A stretch of 64,000 nt of DNA, taken from Octopus vulgaris. Lineage: Eukaryota. The notes beneath the pieces were generated by a model. That model worked only from the letters and a program-made list of their open reading frames with translations. It was not told the origin of the DNA and ran no database searches. This document shows positions 1-14,110 of the stretch, in pieces. The translations under genes and the position numbers were made by a program. The DNA is taken from positions 21,576,001 through 21,640,000 of the forward strand of contig OX597825.1 in NCBI GenBank assembly GCA_951406725.2, in the 5' to 3' direction. Numbering within the stretch: position 1 is the first letter of the stretch; every line of letters starts with the position of its first letter.

Positions 1-160
1 TTTGACAAGCTGAGCGTGACCTTTCATATATATATTAATCGAATAATTTTCTGCATATACAGCCTTGTGTGAAATGTTTATACAACTATACTCAATCATT
101 TATTTATAGTGCGGGTGAGATTTGAAAAACTGAATTATGGAAGACTAACCGATCATATGT

Positions 161-424
161 GGAGGCGCGTGGCTTAGTGGTTAGGGTGTCAGCACCATGA
201 TCGTAAGATTGTAGTTTCGATTCCTGGACCGGGCGACGCGTTGTGTTCTTGAGCAAAAAACTTCATTTCAGGTTGCTCCAGTCCACTCAGCTGGCAAAAA
301 TGAGTAACGCTGCGGTGGACAAGCGTCCCGTCCAGCTGGTGAACACATACGCCATAGAAACCGGGAAATCGGGCCCATGAGCCTGGCTAGGCTTTAAAAG
401 GGCGCATTTATTATTTTTTATTTT
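161..424 (+). mobile_element. tRNA-derived SINE, group A (head 1 + CORE-like body + tail T1)
   Basis: A/B-box-like head GGCTTAGTGG...GTTTCGATTCC; CORE-like CTTGAGCAA...GCTCCAGTCCACTCAGCTG; 16-bp TSD TAACCG(A/T)TCATATGTG at 146-161 and 425-440. Confidence 0.9.
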
Positions 425-635
425 TAACCGTTCATATGTGAGTGCGTGTGAATATATCTCCACCCACTCTCTGTGTATATATACATATACATGCAAACAC
501 GCACACACACACACGTACGCACACACACATGTATGTATATAGATAGTTGTGGCAGTTTACCAAGCGTCTTTGTGTGCCTCTGTGTGTTTATGTGTGCGCA
601 AGAGCACAAATACGTTTGTACGTGTATACAGTTAT

Positions 636-636
636 A

Positions 637-700
<64 letters not shown>

Positions 701-755
701 GCCTGTCTGTCTATCTGCTGCACCCCCCTCTCTCTTTCTCTTTATATATATCTAC

Positions 756-821
<66 letters not shown>

Positions 822-900
822 ACATGTATACACATCTATGTAAATGTATGCATGTGTATATATGCATATGTGTCCGTACATATATATATAAATGTATGTG
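636..900. repeat. compound microsatellite (ATCT)n/(TA)n/(TG)n
   Basis: directly visible. Confidence 0.95.
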
Positions 901-1351
901 AGTGTCTGTATGTGTATGTGTGTTTAATATGCATATATACAAGCAAGATTACTAAGTTTTGTGCATGTATGTATTGCGTATATCTGATTGGGTGTTCTTA
1001 AGTGTGTCTCATGGTTTACGCATAACTACATATCAAACAGCTATGTCACAACACGAAAACGTGGCGCTTCAGATCATTGCATTCAGTGTTGCAATGAGAA
1101 ATGTAATAGAATGATAGATAAAATATTAAAGAAATGATTAACAAAGCAGACGATCAGCAACAGATATCAGGATATAAAGATTTATATCATTGTTTCATTC
1201 ACTAACTTCGATAATTAGCAAGTCTTGCCGTCACATACGTGAATTATTTTCCAATTGGATGACTTTAAGTTTCTTATGATTGTTTCAGTCTAAATTAAAT
1301 AATATCACACACACATATGTATATATATATGTGTATGTACGTATATATATA

Positions 1352-1483
1352 CGGAGCCTCGTGGAGCTTTTAGGTGTTTTCGTTCAATAAACACACACAA
1401 CACCCGGTCTGGGAATCGAAACCGCGATCCTTCGACCGCGAGTCCGCTGCCCTAACCCTAACCAGTGGGCGATTGCGTCTCCA
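1352..1483 (-). mobile_element. SINE group A 5' fragment (head 2)
   Basis: matches the heads at 49080-49203 and 60920-61045. Confidence 0.8.
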
Positions 1484-1681
1484 CATATATATATATATAT
1501 ATATACACTCACATACACACACATATTGTCTTTTATCTTTTACATGTATCAGGCATTTGACTGCGACCATAGTACAATACCTCCTTGGGCAAGTGTCTTC
1601 TACTATAGTGTCAGGCCGTCCAAAGTCTTGTGAGTAGGTTTGGTAGACGGAAACTGAAAGAAGCTTCGAAAACGATACGAG

Positions 1682-2026
1682 GCTATGTAAAGCTTCACTG
1701 AAATATATACTGGCAAAGATGTATGCGGGCAGCGTAAAAATTTGATTAGTCCTCATCAGCTAGATTCGCCTGTTTCGAAAATTAAAATATCTTGCTAGTA
1801 TATTCGCCTGAACGCCTAGCCATTAACAGGTGAATCTAGCCGATGAGAACTAATCAAATTTACGATAACAACCGTATTTTGCTAAATCCGAAACTCGGGT
1901 CCTAGATTATCCATTCTAGGTGGTCCATTTTTACGATGATCTTCCTAGAAATAAGACGAACATTTTTAAAGTTCCCTGCCCGCATACATATTTGCCAGTA
2001 CGTATTTCAGTGAAGATTTACATAGC
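1682..2026. mobile_element. MITE-like element with ~50-bp terminal inverted repeats and an internal ~40-bp inverted repeat
   Basis: 1682-1732 is the reverse complement of 1976-2026; 1733-1774 is the reverse complement of 1825-1864. Confidence 0.7.
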
Positions 2027-2123
2027 GTCTCATTGCTATTAAAACTGCTATTTCCAGCAAACATGGTGCCTTGTTATCTCACTATTTCTTATATAAAATG
2101 TCATCTCTACTCATACTTTCAAA

Positions 2124-2321
<198 letters not shown>

Positions 2322-2401
2322 CCTATATTTATGCATACATGCATATCTGCAGGCAGTGTTGGCTAGAATATATAGATTATAGACTGCAGGATTGAATTAT
2401 A

Positions 2402-3671
2402 CGAGGGGTGTTCAATAAGTAATGCCCCTGATCCACTTGAAGTTGTTCGATCTAGCTGAAATTTTGCATGTGCAATTATTGGCAAATTACAGCTCTAAAC
2501 TAATTGTGGTTTCTGATTTACAGGTGTTTGAACTGAGTCAAGTGTGAAATGGAGTCTGTTGAATGTCGAGCAGTGATCCGGTTTTTGTATTTGAAAGGAC
2601 GCACACCACGGGAGACTTTTGATGAAATGAAAGTAACTTATTGTGATAATGCCCCATCATATGACCTTGTAAAACGCTGACATCGTGAATTCAAACATGG
2701 TTGGAACTCTGTGGAAACAGCTCCCAGATCTGGTCGCCCCCTTCTGTCATTGATGAGGCATCTGTCCGTCAAGTTGAGGCTGTCATTTTGGAAGATCGAC
2801 GCATAACTATTCGCGAAATAGCCCATGAGGTCAAGATTAGTACCGGGTCTGTGGAAACTATCATTCATGACCATTTGCATATGCAAAAGGTGTCTGCCAG
2901 ATGGATTCCCAGGTTGCTCACATCTTTCCAGAAGCAAGAACGCGTCGATTGCTCGAGGATGAATTTGGAGATGTGCCAAGAAGATGAGTCAAAATTTTTC
3001 AAAAGACTGATTACACAGGATGAAACCTGGGTCAATCACTATGATCCAGAGACCAAAACCCAGTCAATGCAGTGGAAGCACCGTGACTCCCCTCCTCCAA
3101 AAAGGCAAGGGTGCAGCCCTCCGCTGGCAAGGTCAGGCACATAGTCTTCTGGGACCAGGACGGAGTAGTGATGACAGATTTCCTGGCAAATGGTGCCACA
3201 ATTACAGGAACCTATTATGCTTCCCTTTTGAGGAAATTAAGAGAAGCTATCAAAATCAAGAGGCGGGGCAAGATCAGCAAAGGCATCCTCCTCCTGCAGG
3301 ACAACGCTCTGGTCCACAACTCGCATTTCGCCAGATCAGAAGCACAGGTGTGCGGCTATGAACTCCTCCCCCATCCCCCTACTCTTCTGACCTTGCACCT
3401 TCTGATTTTCACGTCTTCCCAGCCATTAAGTTGTTTTTGAAAGGAAAGCATTTCCCAGATGATGCAGCCTTGATTTCTGAAGTCACGTCGTGGCTGGAGG
3501 ACCAAGCTGGTGTCTTCTACAGAAACGGTCTTCACAGCTGCATCAAACGATGGGAGAAATGTGTAACTCTGGGTGGTTCCTATGTAGAAAAAGACTAATA
3601 ACTGTGCCAAGTTTCGTTGCTCTACTGCTATGGGAAGTGGGTCAAGGGCATTACTTATTGAACGCCCCTCG
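2402..3671 (+). mobile_element. full-length mariner DNA transposon (irritans/Himar1-like)
   Basis: ~37-bp TIRs CGAGGGG(T/C)GTTCAATAAGTAATGCCC..., TA flanks at 2400-2401 and 3672-3673, ~1.27 kb. Confidence 0.95.
2549..3598 (+). pseudogene. mariner DD34D transposase pseudogene (one stop, several frameshifts)
   Basis: MESVECRAVIRFLYLKG...RSGRP, WIPRLLT, DETW, SAGKV..VFWD, QDNA, PHPP-(YSPDLAPSDF frameshifted) across ORF pieces 2701-3144 and 3111-3440. Confidence 0.93.
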
Positions 3672-3928
3672 TAACTCCGTTCACTGTTAACAACCCAACA
3701 ATTTATTAATCGAAGAAGTTGCCTAGAATTGCTCTGAACAATTTACTTGATAGCATAGTATTCGTAAGTTTGTAATCCGTGTCTTTATGGCCAGTTAAAG
3801 AGGCTGCACAGTCGCTGAGGAACTCAGAACTTAACATCAGCTGGTTCTTTTTTCTGCTTGCAGAGATATCGTATGTAAAGACACAATCTGTATCTGCTTT
3901 ATATCACGCTTTGGCTAAAATATATTAA

Positions 3929-3995
<67 letters not shown>

Positions 3996-4015
3996 ATGCA
4001 TGCTGTAGTTCAGTG

Positions 4016-4114
<99 letters not shown>

Positions 4115-4166
4115 ATCTATCTATTTATTTATCTATCTATCTATCTATCTATCTATCTGTCTATCT

Positions 4167-4207
<41 letters not shown>

Positions 4208-4221
4208 CATATGGTGAAAGA

Positions 4222-4557
4222 GAAAACCACCTTCGGTCATGAATGACCATGAGATAGCACCTAGAAAATTACCTTCCAAGGCATAAGGCTGGACAAGCTG
4301 GCTTCAGATAGACCAGCAATCGCCCATGCACACCAGCGTCCCTTCTCCCCGCCACCGATGTTATCCGAGGGAACGGTAAAGGATGACACAGCTTGGCACC
4401 AGTGACATAGCAACTCATTTCTACAGCTGAGTGAACTGGAGCAACGTGAAATAAAGTGTCTTGCTCAAGAACACAACACACAACCCGGTCTGGGAATAGA
4501 ACTCACTATCTCATGAATGTGAGCCCAACACTCTAACAATGGAGCTATGTGTCTTCA
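4222..4557 (-). mobile_element. SINE group A (head 1 + CORE-like body + tail T4)
   Basis: GTCTTGCTCAAGAACACAAC and GGAGCAACGTGAAAT motifs; tail shared with 46682-46979. Confidence 0.8.
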
Positions 4558-4653
4558 TTTATATATATCAACGCCTGTTTATGTATGTGTGTACAATCAA
4601 TTTTTATAAATATATATATCTATATATATATATATTATATTATATAATATTAC

Positions 4654-4684
<31 letters not shown>

Positions 4685-4744
4685 TTATATATTATATTAT
4701 ATATTATATTATATCATATCATGTTATATTATATTATATTATAT

Positions 4745-4811
<67 letters not shown>

Positions 4812-5454
4812 TGGATACCGTTGCATACGAAGGTCTTGGATAAAAAACGGAAATTAGAAAACAAATCCAGGAGGTATACGCACTTTACTTACCTTCATGT
4901 CCATTTCTTTCTGAATATTTTTGTGTGAAATGAGGAAGATTTTGAGACTGCATAGAAATGCATATGTTAATATGTATGGACGCCTACGTAAATTCGTGCG
5001 CCGATATATACACGCCTACGCACATATGATAATGAGAGAGAAAGATAAAGATAAGAAGGAAAAGTGGAAATTCTTTATTGTCATATGATGTTCGTGATCA
5101 AATGATGGAAAATCTAATACATCTTCTTTTACTATTTTCAGCAAAGGGCTGTGTTCTTGCTAGAATCAATCATCAATCAATCAATCAATCAGTCCGTCAG
5201 TCTGCCTGTCTGTCTGTTTGCCTGTATATCTATCTATGCTCTTTGTTTCTTTTTTTATCTTTAAGATATATTTAAGTTACCTCTTTTACAGAACCCAAAT
5301 CAATCTCAAAAATGACATATACTGGTATGTATATATGTATATATGTATCTATATAACCCTGTCTGTCTGTCTATGTATGTATGTATGTATATATATATCT
5401 ATATGTATGTATATATATATGTATGTATATACACATAAATACGTATATATATGC

Positions 5455-5498
<44 letters not shown>

Positions 5499-5561
5499 AT
5501 ACACATAAATACGTACATATATATATATGCATATGTATGTATATATATATATATATAAAAC

Positions 5562-5592
<31 letters not shown>

Positions 5593-5624
5593 CATATATA
5601 AACATATATATATATATATCCATC

Positions 5625-5659
<35 letters not shown>

Positions 5660-6201
5660 GTAGAGTGAGAGAGAGAGAGAAATAAAGAGAGGGAGGGTGA
5701 GAGAGACAGGAAGAGAGAGAGAGAGAGAATGCGGTTAAAAAAGTAGTGTTCCTTGATCGATGGCTACCTCTGTATCTAATCATTTCATGCCACGTCAGAA
5801 AGGATAAAATTCAATTGATCATTCCATCGAAATAGTCAGCAATGTCATCCATCGCTGCCAATCGTTAAACTAGAAGGTTATCTAAAAATAGTGTTGGTAA
5901 CGACTGCGTCATATATCCGGGATTTAGGGAGCCGAAATTGAATATAAACGTTATCAGCAAAGATTTATTGCATTTTGATTCCGTTCCTTTCTTCACTATG
6001 TTGGACCTAATGTTGTTACGTCTTCGACTTGGCATATTCAGTCGTATATCATGATTTTGGCACTCGAGATAGACACACGCACAGTAAATCACGTTCACAT
6101 TCACATGCTTATACGCAGGAGCATAATTACTCATATTAGCTTATCGATATACTATACACATGTGTGCGTGTGTACATAGACCCCGCATACACACACACAC
6201 A

Positions 6202-6251
<50 letters not shown>

Positions 6252-6497
6252 TATGTTAATATATTTGCATGTGTATATGTATTTGCACTTTTGTGTGTAC
6301 GCATATATGTATGCATGGATTTATCTATACACTTATGCATATATATATGTGTGTAGGCATGTGTATATGTGAGTGTGTGTATACACTGTACACACACATA
6401 TATACATATATAAATATACATAGCTAAATCGATATCTTGGTCTGTCTCTTTCTCTATTCATATACTATATACCGTTCACATACTTTTCCCCCCCTGT

Positions 6498-6547
<50 letters not shown>

Positions 6548-7814
6548 ATCTATATATATATACATATATATATGTGTATGTGTGTGTTTGTGTGTCTAAG
6601 TCTATTGCTTTGAGTATATGTATATATATATATAGGAATGTACATGTAGAAACATATATATATATATGTATACATACATGTATACATGAATATATACATA
6701 TATTTGTGTGTACGCATGTATATATATTTATACATATATAATATAATATATATCTATCTATCTCTATATATATGTTCGTGTGTGTATGTGTATTCCAATA
6801 TGTTTGTATCCTCTTATATTGCTTAATTTATACGCAATTACTCGCCATATGGAACTAATTTGCATAAATTGTCATATGACCTGTTGCTATTCTCTTCAAC
6901 ATTTGCATGTAATTTTCTCATCAATACCAATTTATTTACACACTTTTCATTTCAACAGATAATCACAAATTTATAAATAATTCCTCGTACATGCAACAAT
7001 CAGACCCCCCACCACCACCAACACATGCACGCACTCACATACACACAATGCATTTGGCCTCGTTGCCAAAAAGGAAAGAAAAAAAAGAACAACTCCAACA
7101 AGCTAAATAAATGCCGATTTAGAATAAATCAATCCAAGATACCGGGTTTACTAAATTACCTCGGCAAATTACCAATAAAAATTTTACTTCTTTTCGTCTT
7201 TGAAAAGAAATAAAGTTGACCGACTCCATCCTCCATCATACTCCTGTAGAATCATTGTAGCAGGAAATGGCAGATATGAAGAATAAAACAAATGAAAAAT
7301 CGCCGACCAGAAATGCTAACGAAAATTACTGAATCGGTTTACTAGAGCTGAGCATTCGTCTTCGGAATGGTTACCATTACAGAATACGATGTCATATACA
7401 GTGCAAGCAAGAAATGAAGTGGCAGTTACTGGTCATTAAACCGGCTAGAAATAACAGCCCAAATCTCGTTAAAATCACCTCTTAATAATCATTATTGTGA
7501 TTGAAACGTGTTTGATCAAAGCACGCATGCATCTAAACACGACCACCATCATCGACACTTGTGGACATGATAGGTGTTCAACCATTGGACCAACGTAATC
7601 GTTCGAATTTCTTTATTTTAGAAAATGTATTCTTGTCAGAGAGAATTATATGTTCTTGATGGAATAAGAATTTGTCCTTTCGAGAGAACACAAATTTATT
7701 CTTTTTATGGAACGGTGGATCTCGAAGCATACACGCACCTTCAAATACGCACACACATAAGCTAGTGTGCTGATCATGGCTTGCAGTTGTCATGTAATAT
7801 TATATTGAGAGAAA

Positions 7815-8065
7815 ATGGCGAGCTGGCAGAATAGGACTGCGAGCTGGCAGAAACGTTAGCACACCGGACGAAATGCTTAGTGGTATTTTGTCAGCCGTTA
7901 CGTTCTGAGTTCAAATTCCACCGAGGTTGACTTTGTCTTTCATCCTTTCGGGGTCGATTAAATAAGTACCAGTTACGCACTGGGATCGATGTAATCGACT
8001 TAATCCCTTTGTCTTTCTTTGTTTGTCCCCTCTATGTTTAGCCCCCTATGGGCAATGAAGAAATT
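7815..8065 (+). mobile_element. SINE group C
   Basis: GGCGAGCTGGCAGAAACGTTAGC head; CTTTCATCCTTTCGGGGTCGAT central domain shared with many copies. Confidence 0.85.
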
Positions 8066-8289
8066 AATACTACATTGGCAGGTGATATTTACCACCACTT
8101 GAACATGGAAACTCCGTTTGAACAAACTACACAGAACGCCAACGCTTAAGTGGGATAAATATTAACTCTTGACTTTAGTACTTCCTATATCGTTAATATA
8201 TGCGAATACTATATTATTTTCACCTCAGTCAAAAAGCATGACTGATCTAAAACAGGAGATATACCACAGAAAGTTATTTCAAACAAAAA

Positions 8290-8815
8290 TGTGTCCATGT
8301 CTAGTTCTTCAAATACTCCTCTCTGAATTCCAAGCATTTTTGGAATTTGCCGTTGATGGCAAAGATTTTGCCTCCACTTCTTAAACAGTCATTCTATGCG
8401 AAGAATATTTAGCTTTTAGTATATTAACGTATCTTCGTATTCTAACGTATGATAAAATTTGTTCAAATCTTTTGTAAAGTCTCGGTATATTACACATTTG
8501 ACTTACTGAATTCACCTGTAATATCATGCTGTAGTATAGTAGCAGCTGTTTAAAACATCTAATTGGAGAGAAACCATGCTGAACACTTTTCAGCAACTCG
8601 TTCGGTTCTGCATAAATGATTAGCTTTATTTCTTAATATTTTGCTTCGTATGATTGTTATGTAAAAGCAGAAATATATACAACTACCACTGCTAGCATCT
8701 GATGTGTTTGTTTTCCTATGGATAAACATTATACTTTCTTTTTGTCTTTCTGGGGGATGAACACTTCAAAAATATCATCGAAATATTATTAAAAGTGCTT
8801 TAGCTTCCGAATGTC
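8290..8815 (-). pseudogene. decayed CR1/jockey-like reverse transcriptase fragment
   Basis: LLKSVQHGFSPIRCFKQLLLYY resembles the QHGF..(R)SC..QLL RT motif. Confidence 0.5.
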
Positions 8816-8869
8816 TTTTGTAACTATTATCAGGAAAGGATCAGATCTGTATGTGATTGTATGTATGTA

Positions 8870-9982
8870 CAGCGGTGTTCATAACGTCTAGAATAAGACT
8901 GATTTTTAAAAATATTCTTCTTATCATTAATTAGTTTGAAATATCTTCTGTATATTTTTTATACTTTATAATTATAAACAATTTTATTTAATTAATAATT
9001 TATTCTGTTGTGTCTGGGGAGAGTCATTTCCTTTTTGTGCCTAATAATGTAACACACTCTGCCAAGTCGTAGCGTCCTTGTTGTGAGCAAAACGTTCAGT
9101 TTTGGTTTCACCGGAGCGCAGAACCCTAAACCAACACTGAGTAGAATTGTTTAACATGCTTCTTGCATAGTTTAGCTGCACCTTAACCTGGCGGGGCCTC
9201 AGCGGGGAGTTTTTCTCGCTCGTCACCTGCGGATCCCAAATATCCACAATGCCCTCCTTACGGTTGATGATGAAATATTTACGTCCAGCTGCCCAATCTG
9301 CTCGTTAACCTCTTTAACACTTGTCCTCGGTTCACGCTCTGTTCCCCTCATCCGCCTATGCATGAGTTCGTCCGACAACTTTCGTGTGCTTCCGCCCCTT
9401 TCTCTATTTGCCACACAACCATAGGGTGGATATTTCTTAATAACTGATTGAATGGTCTATACTTTGACAGAAAATAGTTTTAAAATCTCTCCCGTATCTG
9501 CCGCCAGACATGTGAGCTTGCTTCTACAATTTCTTTTCTAAGGTCAACACTGTTCTCATATTGTTTCGGCATTTTTTAGATAGTAATTGAAATCGCAAAC
9601 AAAAAATGTCGACGGTATTGACACGTGTGCAAATCACGTGTACTTTAATATTGAGAATTTACTGACAATTATTAATAGTAATTTATATGATATCTTAAAA
9701 TCTTTAATAGTTTATTTATCGTTTTATATTCATTTTTAAACAAAACAAGTTAGACAAAATGTTATGAATAATTTTGCACATCTGTTGTCTAATAAGTTTT
9801 TGAATTTTGTTAAATCTGATTGTGACCTGTGGTAAAAATACACTGATAATGAAATGAAATTGTGTATATTAATAAAGTAATAAATAATAAACAAAATATA
9901 TTACAAACCAATTAATGACAATGAGAATATTAAAAAGAGCCAATTTTATTCTAGACGTTATGAATACTTATGAACACAACGG
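8870..9982 (-). mobile_element. internally deleted Tc1-like transposon
   Basis: TIR CAGCGGTGTTCATAACGTCTAGAATAA at 8870 versus TTATTCTAGACGTTATGAA...CACAACGG at ~9946-9982; TA flanks. Confidence 0.85.
9055..9572 (-). pseudogene. Tc1 transposase N-terminal remnant
   Basis: MPKQYENSVDLRKEIV, HTH ...EPRTSVKEV...ISSSTVRRAL, RKTP, W.RVLRSGETK (WSDETK-like). Confidence 0.8.
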
Positions 9983-10183
9983 TATGTAAATGTGAAGATT
10001 TTGAACCCGAGTGAGTAATTAGATGCATTGATATGTGTTTAGGTGAAATACTCACAGTGCTAGATAGATAAATATTTAGATACAATGACAGATTGATAGA
10101 TCGATATTTAGGCAGAATGATATATATATAAATATTTTTCCGTAATGCGATAAAAAAAACCAAGGCTGGTTTATAAGTAGAAG

Positions 10184-10231
10184 GTCTTACAGCTGTTTCT
10201 GTGATATTTATTATATCCCGTCATCGGAGAC
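10184..10231 (-). ncRNA. minimal type I hammerhead motif (CCGAUGA core variant)
   Basis: rc: GTCT CCGATGA C GGGATAT aataa ATATCAC A GAAAC AGCT GTA AGAC; stem I GTCT/AGAC, palindromic stem III. Confidence 0.65.
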
Positions 10232-11197
10232 GGTGTGAGGAAATGGTTAAGCAACAGTTAATGTAGATAAGATACGAAATAGAGAGTGAGGTGGAGGAAT
10301 GAAAATAGATGTGAGATATGCAGAGATATTGTATTTGTAGATCCATTATTTAGGCAGAATGGTATACATATAAGATTCCAATACCTTATGAGTAAAATCC
10401 AATAGTATTTTAAATTGGTCATTCCAAGTATAGAGTTTATACAGTGTTATTGAATCAAGGGTTTTATTTAAAGTGACCTAAAAGTAGGTAATGTCAAATC
10501 AAAGACAGGAAGAGAAGAACAAAGAGAAAAGAGAAAAAAGTGAAAAAATAGAGAAAAAAGAAAAAGAAAGAAGAAAAACAGAGAAAACATTTAAACAAAT
10601 ATGAGCAAACAGAAATACTCGACAATGTTCCGTGGTATGTATTTGAACAGCATGGACAAATACAGGTATGCCAAATACTATACAATATAAGTACTTTGTT
10701 TGTTAAATTTATCTCCGCCTCTAAGGATGTATTATAATGACTAAATAGCTATTCAGACCTGCTCCATGTGAGAATAAAAACAATTTCCCGATTCAAGAAT
10801 TTCTCCAAAACTGACAAGTTATTAATACAAGCTTATTGTGTAAAGGTAAGAGAACTGGTGTAGATACGTGTTTCTGGTGCAATAACAGTCATCAGAACAC
10901 AATAGGCAAAGAACTGAGACTTATTCATAAAAGAATGGCAAGTATTTATGATCTAGGTAATTTGCAAAATTCAAACAAAAAGTGAGAAATAACTCAGAGG
11001 CTTTTGGTATGTATTTGAACAACATAGATAAATATAGATATATCAAATAACATACAACATATATTCTTATTTATTAAAATTTTTTCCATCTATAGTGAAT
11101 AATTACTAAATGGCAATAGTTAATTGATTTAGTTATTTGCTTATATAAGACCGCACTGAACAAGTGCTATTGTGTTTTTCATCTAATATTTCTGTTA

Positions 11198-11377
11198 TAG
11201 GCGTAGGAGTAGCTGTGTGGTAAGTAGCTTGAATACGAACTACATGGTTCCGGGTTCAGTCCGACTGCTTGGCACCTTGGGTAAGTTTCTTTTACTATAA
11301 CCTCGGGCCAACCAAAGCCTTGTGAGTGGATTTGGTAGACGGAATCTGAATGAAGACCGTCGTATATATGTATATGC

Positions 11378-11435
<58 letters not shown>

Positions 11436-11670
11436 GTATGTATGTATATATATATATATGTGCGTAAATATGTTTGTGTGTCTGTGTTTGTCCCTCCAAC
11501 ATTGCTTGACAACTGATGCTGGTTTGTTTACTTCCCCGTAACTTAGCGGTTTGGCAAAAGAGACCGATAGAATAAGTACTAGGCTTACAATGAATAAGTC
11601 CTGGGATCGATTTGCTTGACTAAAGGCTGTGCTCCAGCATGCCCACTGTCAACTGACTGAAACAAGTAAA
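11198..11670 (+). mobile_element. SINE group B with internal (TA)n
   Basis: GGCGTAGGAGTAGCTGTGTGGTAAG head, GGGTTCAGTCC B-box, 3' GCTCCAGCATG...GACTGAAACAAGTAAAA. Confidence 0.9.
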
Positions 11671-12548
11671 ATATGTGCGTGGATAAGCTTTTAATCCTTC
11701 AAATAATGGAGCTATTACATAATGGTTTGAAACTATTTCGCAAAACCCGTACAGAAATATCATTAGCATTTCGAATCCTAGAGCCCTGATTTCCCTTATT
11801 TGCCTCTCTTTTCCATCGTTGCATTTTACTTTATTTCTCAATTACTATGGTTCATATACATATTGTGTTTCGTTCCCGACAATGATTTGTCACTTTAATC
11901 GATTCTAGACCTTTGTTCTTTTTTTATAATAATTCTTCTGTCAAAGGGAATGATAGTTTTATGAGCATCAGAACATACTGAATATAGCTTCCATTGCTTA
12001 TATCCATAGTTTCAATCTTATGTCACTATTTCGCATACAGAGATACGCAGCCAGTAAATCTCTTCCTTAATTGGTTTCTAGTGAGGCTTTAAGGGAATGC
12101 AGAATGGTTAGAAGAGTGGGGGTGGGACTCCGCTGCAAAGATGTGGAAGATTTTGCTGTATATACTGGAAGTGCAATGTTGTTATGGTTACAGAAGGCTG
12201 TAAGAATACCGTTTTGCATTCTTTTACTTGTTTCACTCTTTGAATTGTGGCCATGCTGGGGCACCGCATTAAGGGATTTCTGTTTTGTCAAAAACATCGA
12301 TTCCATTACTTATTTTTTGTGTTTTTGAATGGCTAAGTTATAAGGATATAAATAAACTAACACCGGCTTTCAAGCATTGGCTTTGGGTAACAAACACAGA
12401 CACATACACATACATACACTTGCGCATGCACTCGCACACACACATATACAACGGGTCTCAACATAGTTTCCATCGGCCAAATTCCTTCACTGCCTTTGTT
12501 TCACTTAATTTTGAAAAATAACCAAAGAATTGTGTAGGATAACTTTGC

Positions 12549-13760
12549 TATCCTTATATATTTGTGTTAGTCAATCCATGAAGAATGAGGTAGAAAAAGG
12601 AAGTTTGATCAACGAGGAGTTTGCATATTAAGTTGTGTTTGGAATTTTTCAATAAAGAGATTCTCCTTGTTAAATTCTCTCCTGTGTGGTGATCCCGTCT
12701 TTACATTGGTAGAAGGGGAATATATAGAATTTGGGGTTTAAGTCTTTAGCGCATGAGTCTATGTGGTCACTCAGTGGAATTTGTCGGTATTCCGGGAGAT
12801 TTATTTGTTCTTTATGCACCGCTACTCGTTTACGTATATTCCCTTCTACCAATGTAAAGATGGGATCACCACACAGGAGAGAATTAACAAGGAGAATCTC
12901 TTTATTGAAAAATTCCAAACACAACTTAATAAGCAAACTCCTCGTTGATCAAACTTCCTTTTTCTACCTCATTCTTCGTGGATGGACTAACACAAAATAT
13001 AAGGATACCATGCATTCATCACTTCAAGCTAAAACTTATATTCTTTAAATATCATTTTTACTATTGTTTTTATTACTATCATTTTTATTATATATGATAT
13101 AACAATCTGAAATGCAATTGTCTATGCAAATTTATATAATTAGAAAATAATATAAATAAAGTGTTAAAATCTGAAAGTTAAGTTAACAAACAATTATATA
13201 AAAAAGATAATGCAAATGAAGCTAAAATGATAATTTTATAATTTGGGGTTTATTAACAGCCTTTATTGAAGAACTCAAAAGAGTTGTCTCCCCTTATTCA
13301 CAACACAGGAACTGAAGAACCACAATTACTACTACTTCCTGTTTTGCCAACATCCTTAATTAAACCAAACAACACATGCTCTTAATCCCATTGGATCCTA
13401 ATACCTCAAGGTAATTTTTTCGTGAACAATCATTAAACTCAAGATACACAACGAACTCACAATGTATCGGAGTACTTATTTTTTTAATTTTTGTACATAT
13501 TTATTATTATTCTTTTGCAAAAAACAATGCAATTTTCTTTGTTCCCCTTTCTAATTTTTAAAAAAACTTCTTAAAACATAAATATTCTTGACAAGTCACA
13601 CAATGACGAAAACCGGTTTGAATAAATATATATTTATATATTTTATCAATTTCTCATTTCATTAAAATTTTCTTTCATTTGAGCATTCTGCATTTTTACA
13701 ATTTTTCCTTGCTTATCATTTCTCCACGTGCGGTCAACACAACCCCACCATTTATTGATC
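12549..13760 (+). mobile_element. Penelope-like (Neptune-like) 3' fragment with inverted 5' segment
   Basis: GIY-YIG C-terminus RVAVHKEQI...PLSDHID...FPFYQ...KENLFIEKFQTQLN on both arms of a ~175-bp inverted repeat (12549-12724 / 12835-13007); HHR in the 3' UTR. Confidence 0.8.
13583..13624 (+). ncRNA. type I hammerhead, U3:A8 core variant
   Basis: TATTC TTGACAA GTCA cacaa TGAC GAAA A CCGG T T T GAATA. Confidence 0.75.
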
Positions 13761-13861
13761 TATATATATATATATATATATTTATTTATTTATATACACA
13801 TATGTGTTTGTGTGTTTGTCTGTATTTATTTCCCATTATCACTTGACAAACAGTGTTGGTA

Positions 13862-14110
13862 TACTCGTTTACTCTTTTACTTGTTTCAGTCATTTGATTG
13901 CGGCCATGCTGGAGCACCGCCTTTAGTCGAGCAAATCGATCCCAGGACTTATTCTTTGTAAGCCTAGTACTTATTCTATCGGTCTCTTTTGCCAAACCGC
14001 TAAGTTACGGGGACGTAAAAACACTTGCCCAAGGTGCCCAACAGTGGGACTGAACCTGGAACCATGTGGCTGGTAAGCAAGCTACTTGCCACACAGCCAC
14101 TCCTGCGCCC
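13862..14110 (-). mobile_element. SINE group B, internally deleted
   Basis: homology to 14785-15220. Confidence 0.8.

Noticed and set aside
161-235. tRNA genes at SINE heads
   Set aside because: Continuous with SINE bodies and TSDs; no complete cloverleaf recognised
547-1001. ORFs with IYLS/YIYI/poly-I/N/L/T repeats (here and throughout)
   Set aside because: Translations of microsatellites, not genes
5760-6134. Unique-looking segment with an 89-aa minus ORF
   Set aside because: No recognisable homology; cannot support as coding
11670-12060. Possible CR1 3' remnant
   Set aside because: Too degenerate to support by eye
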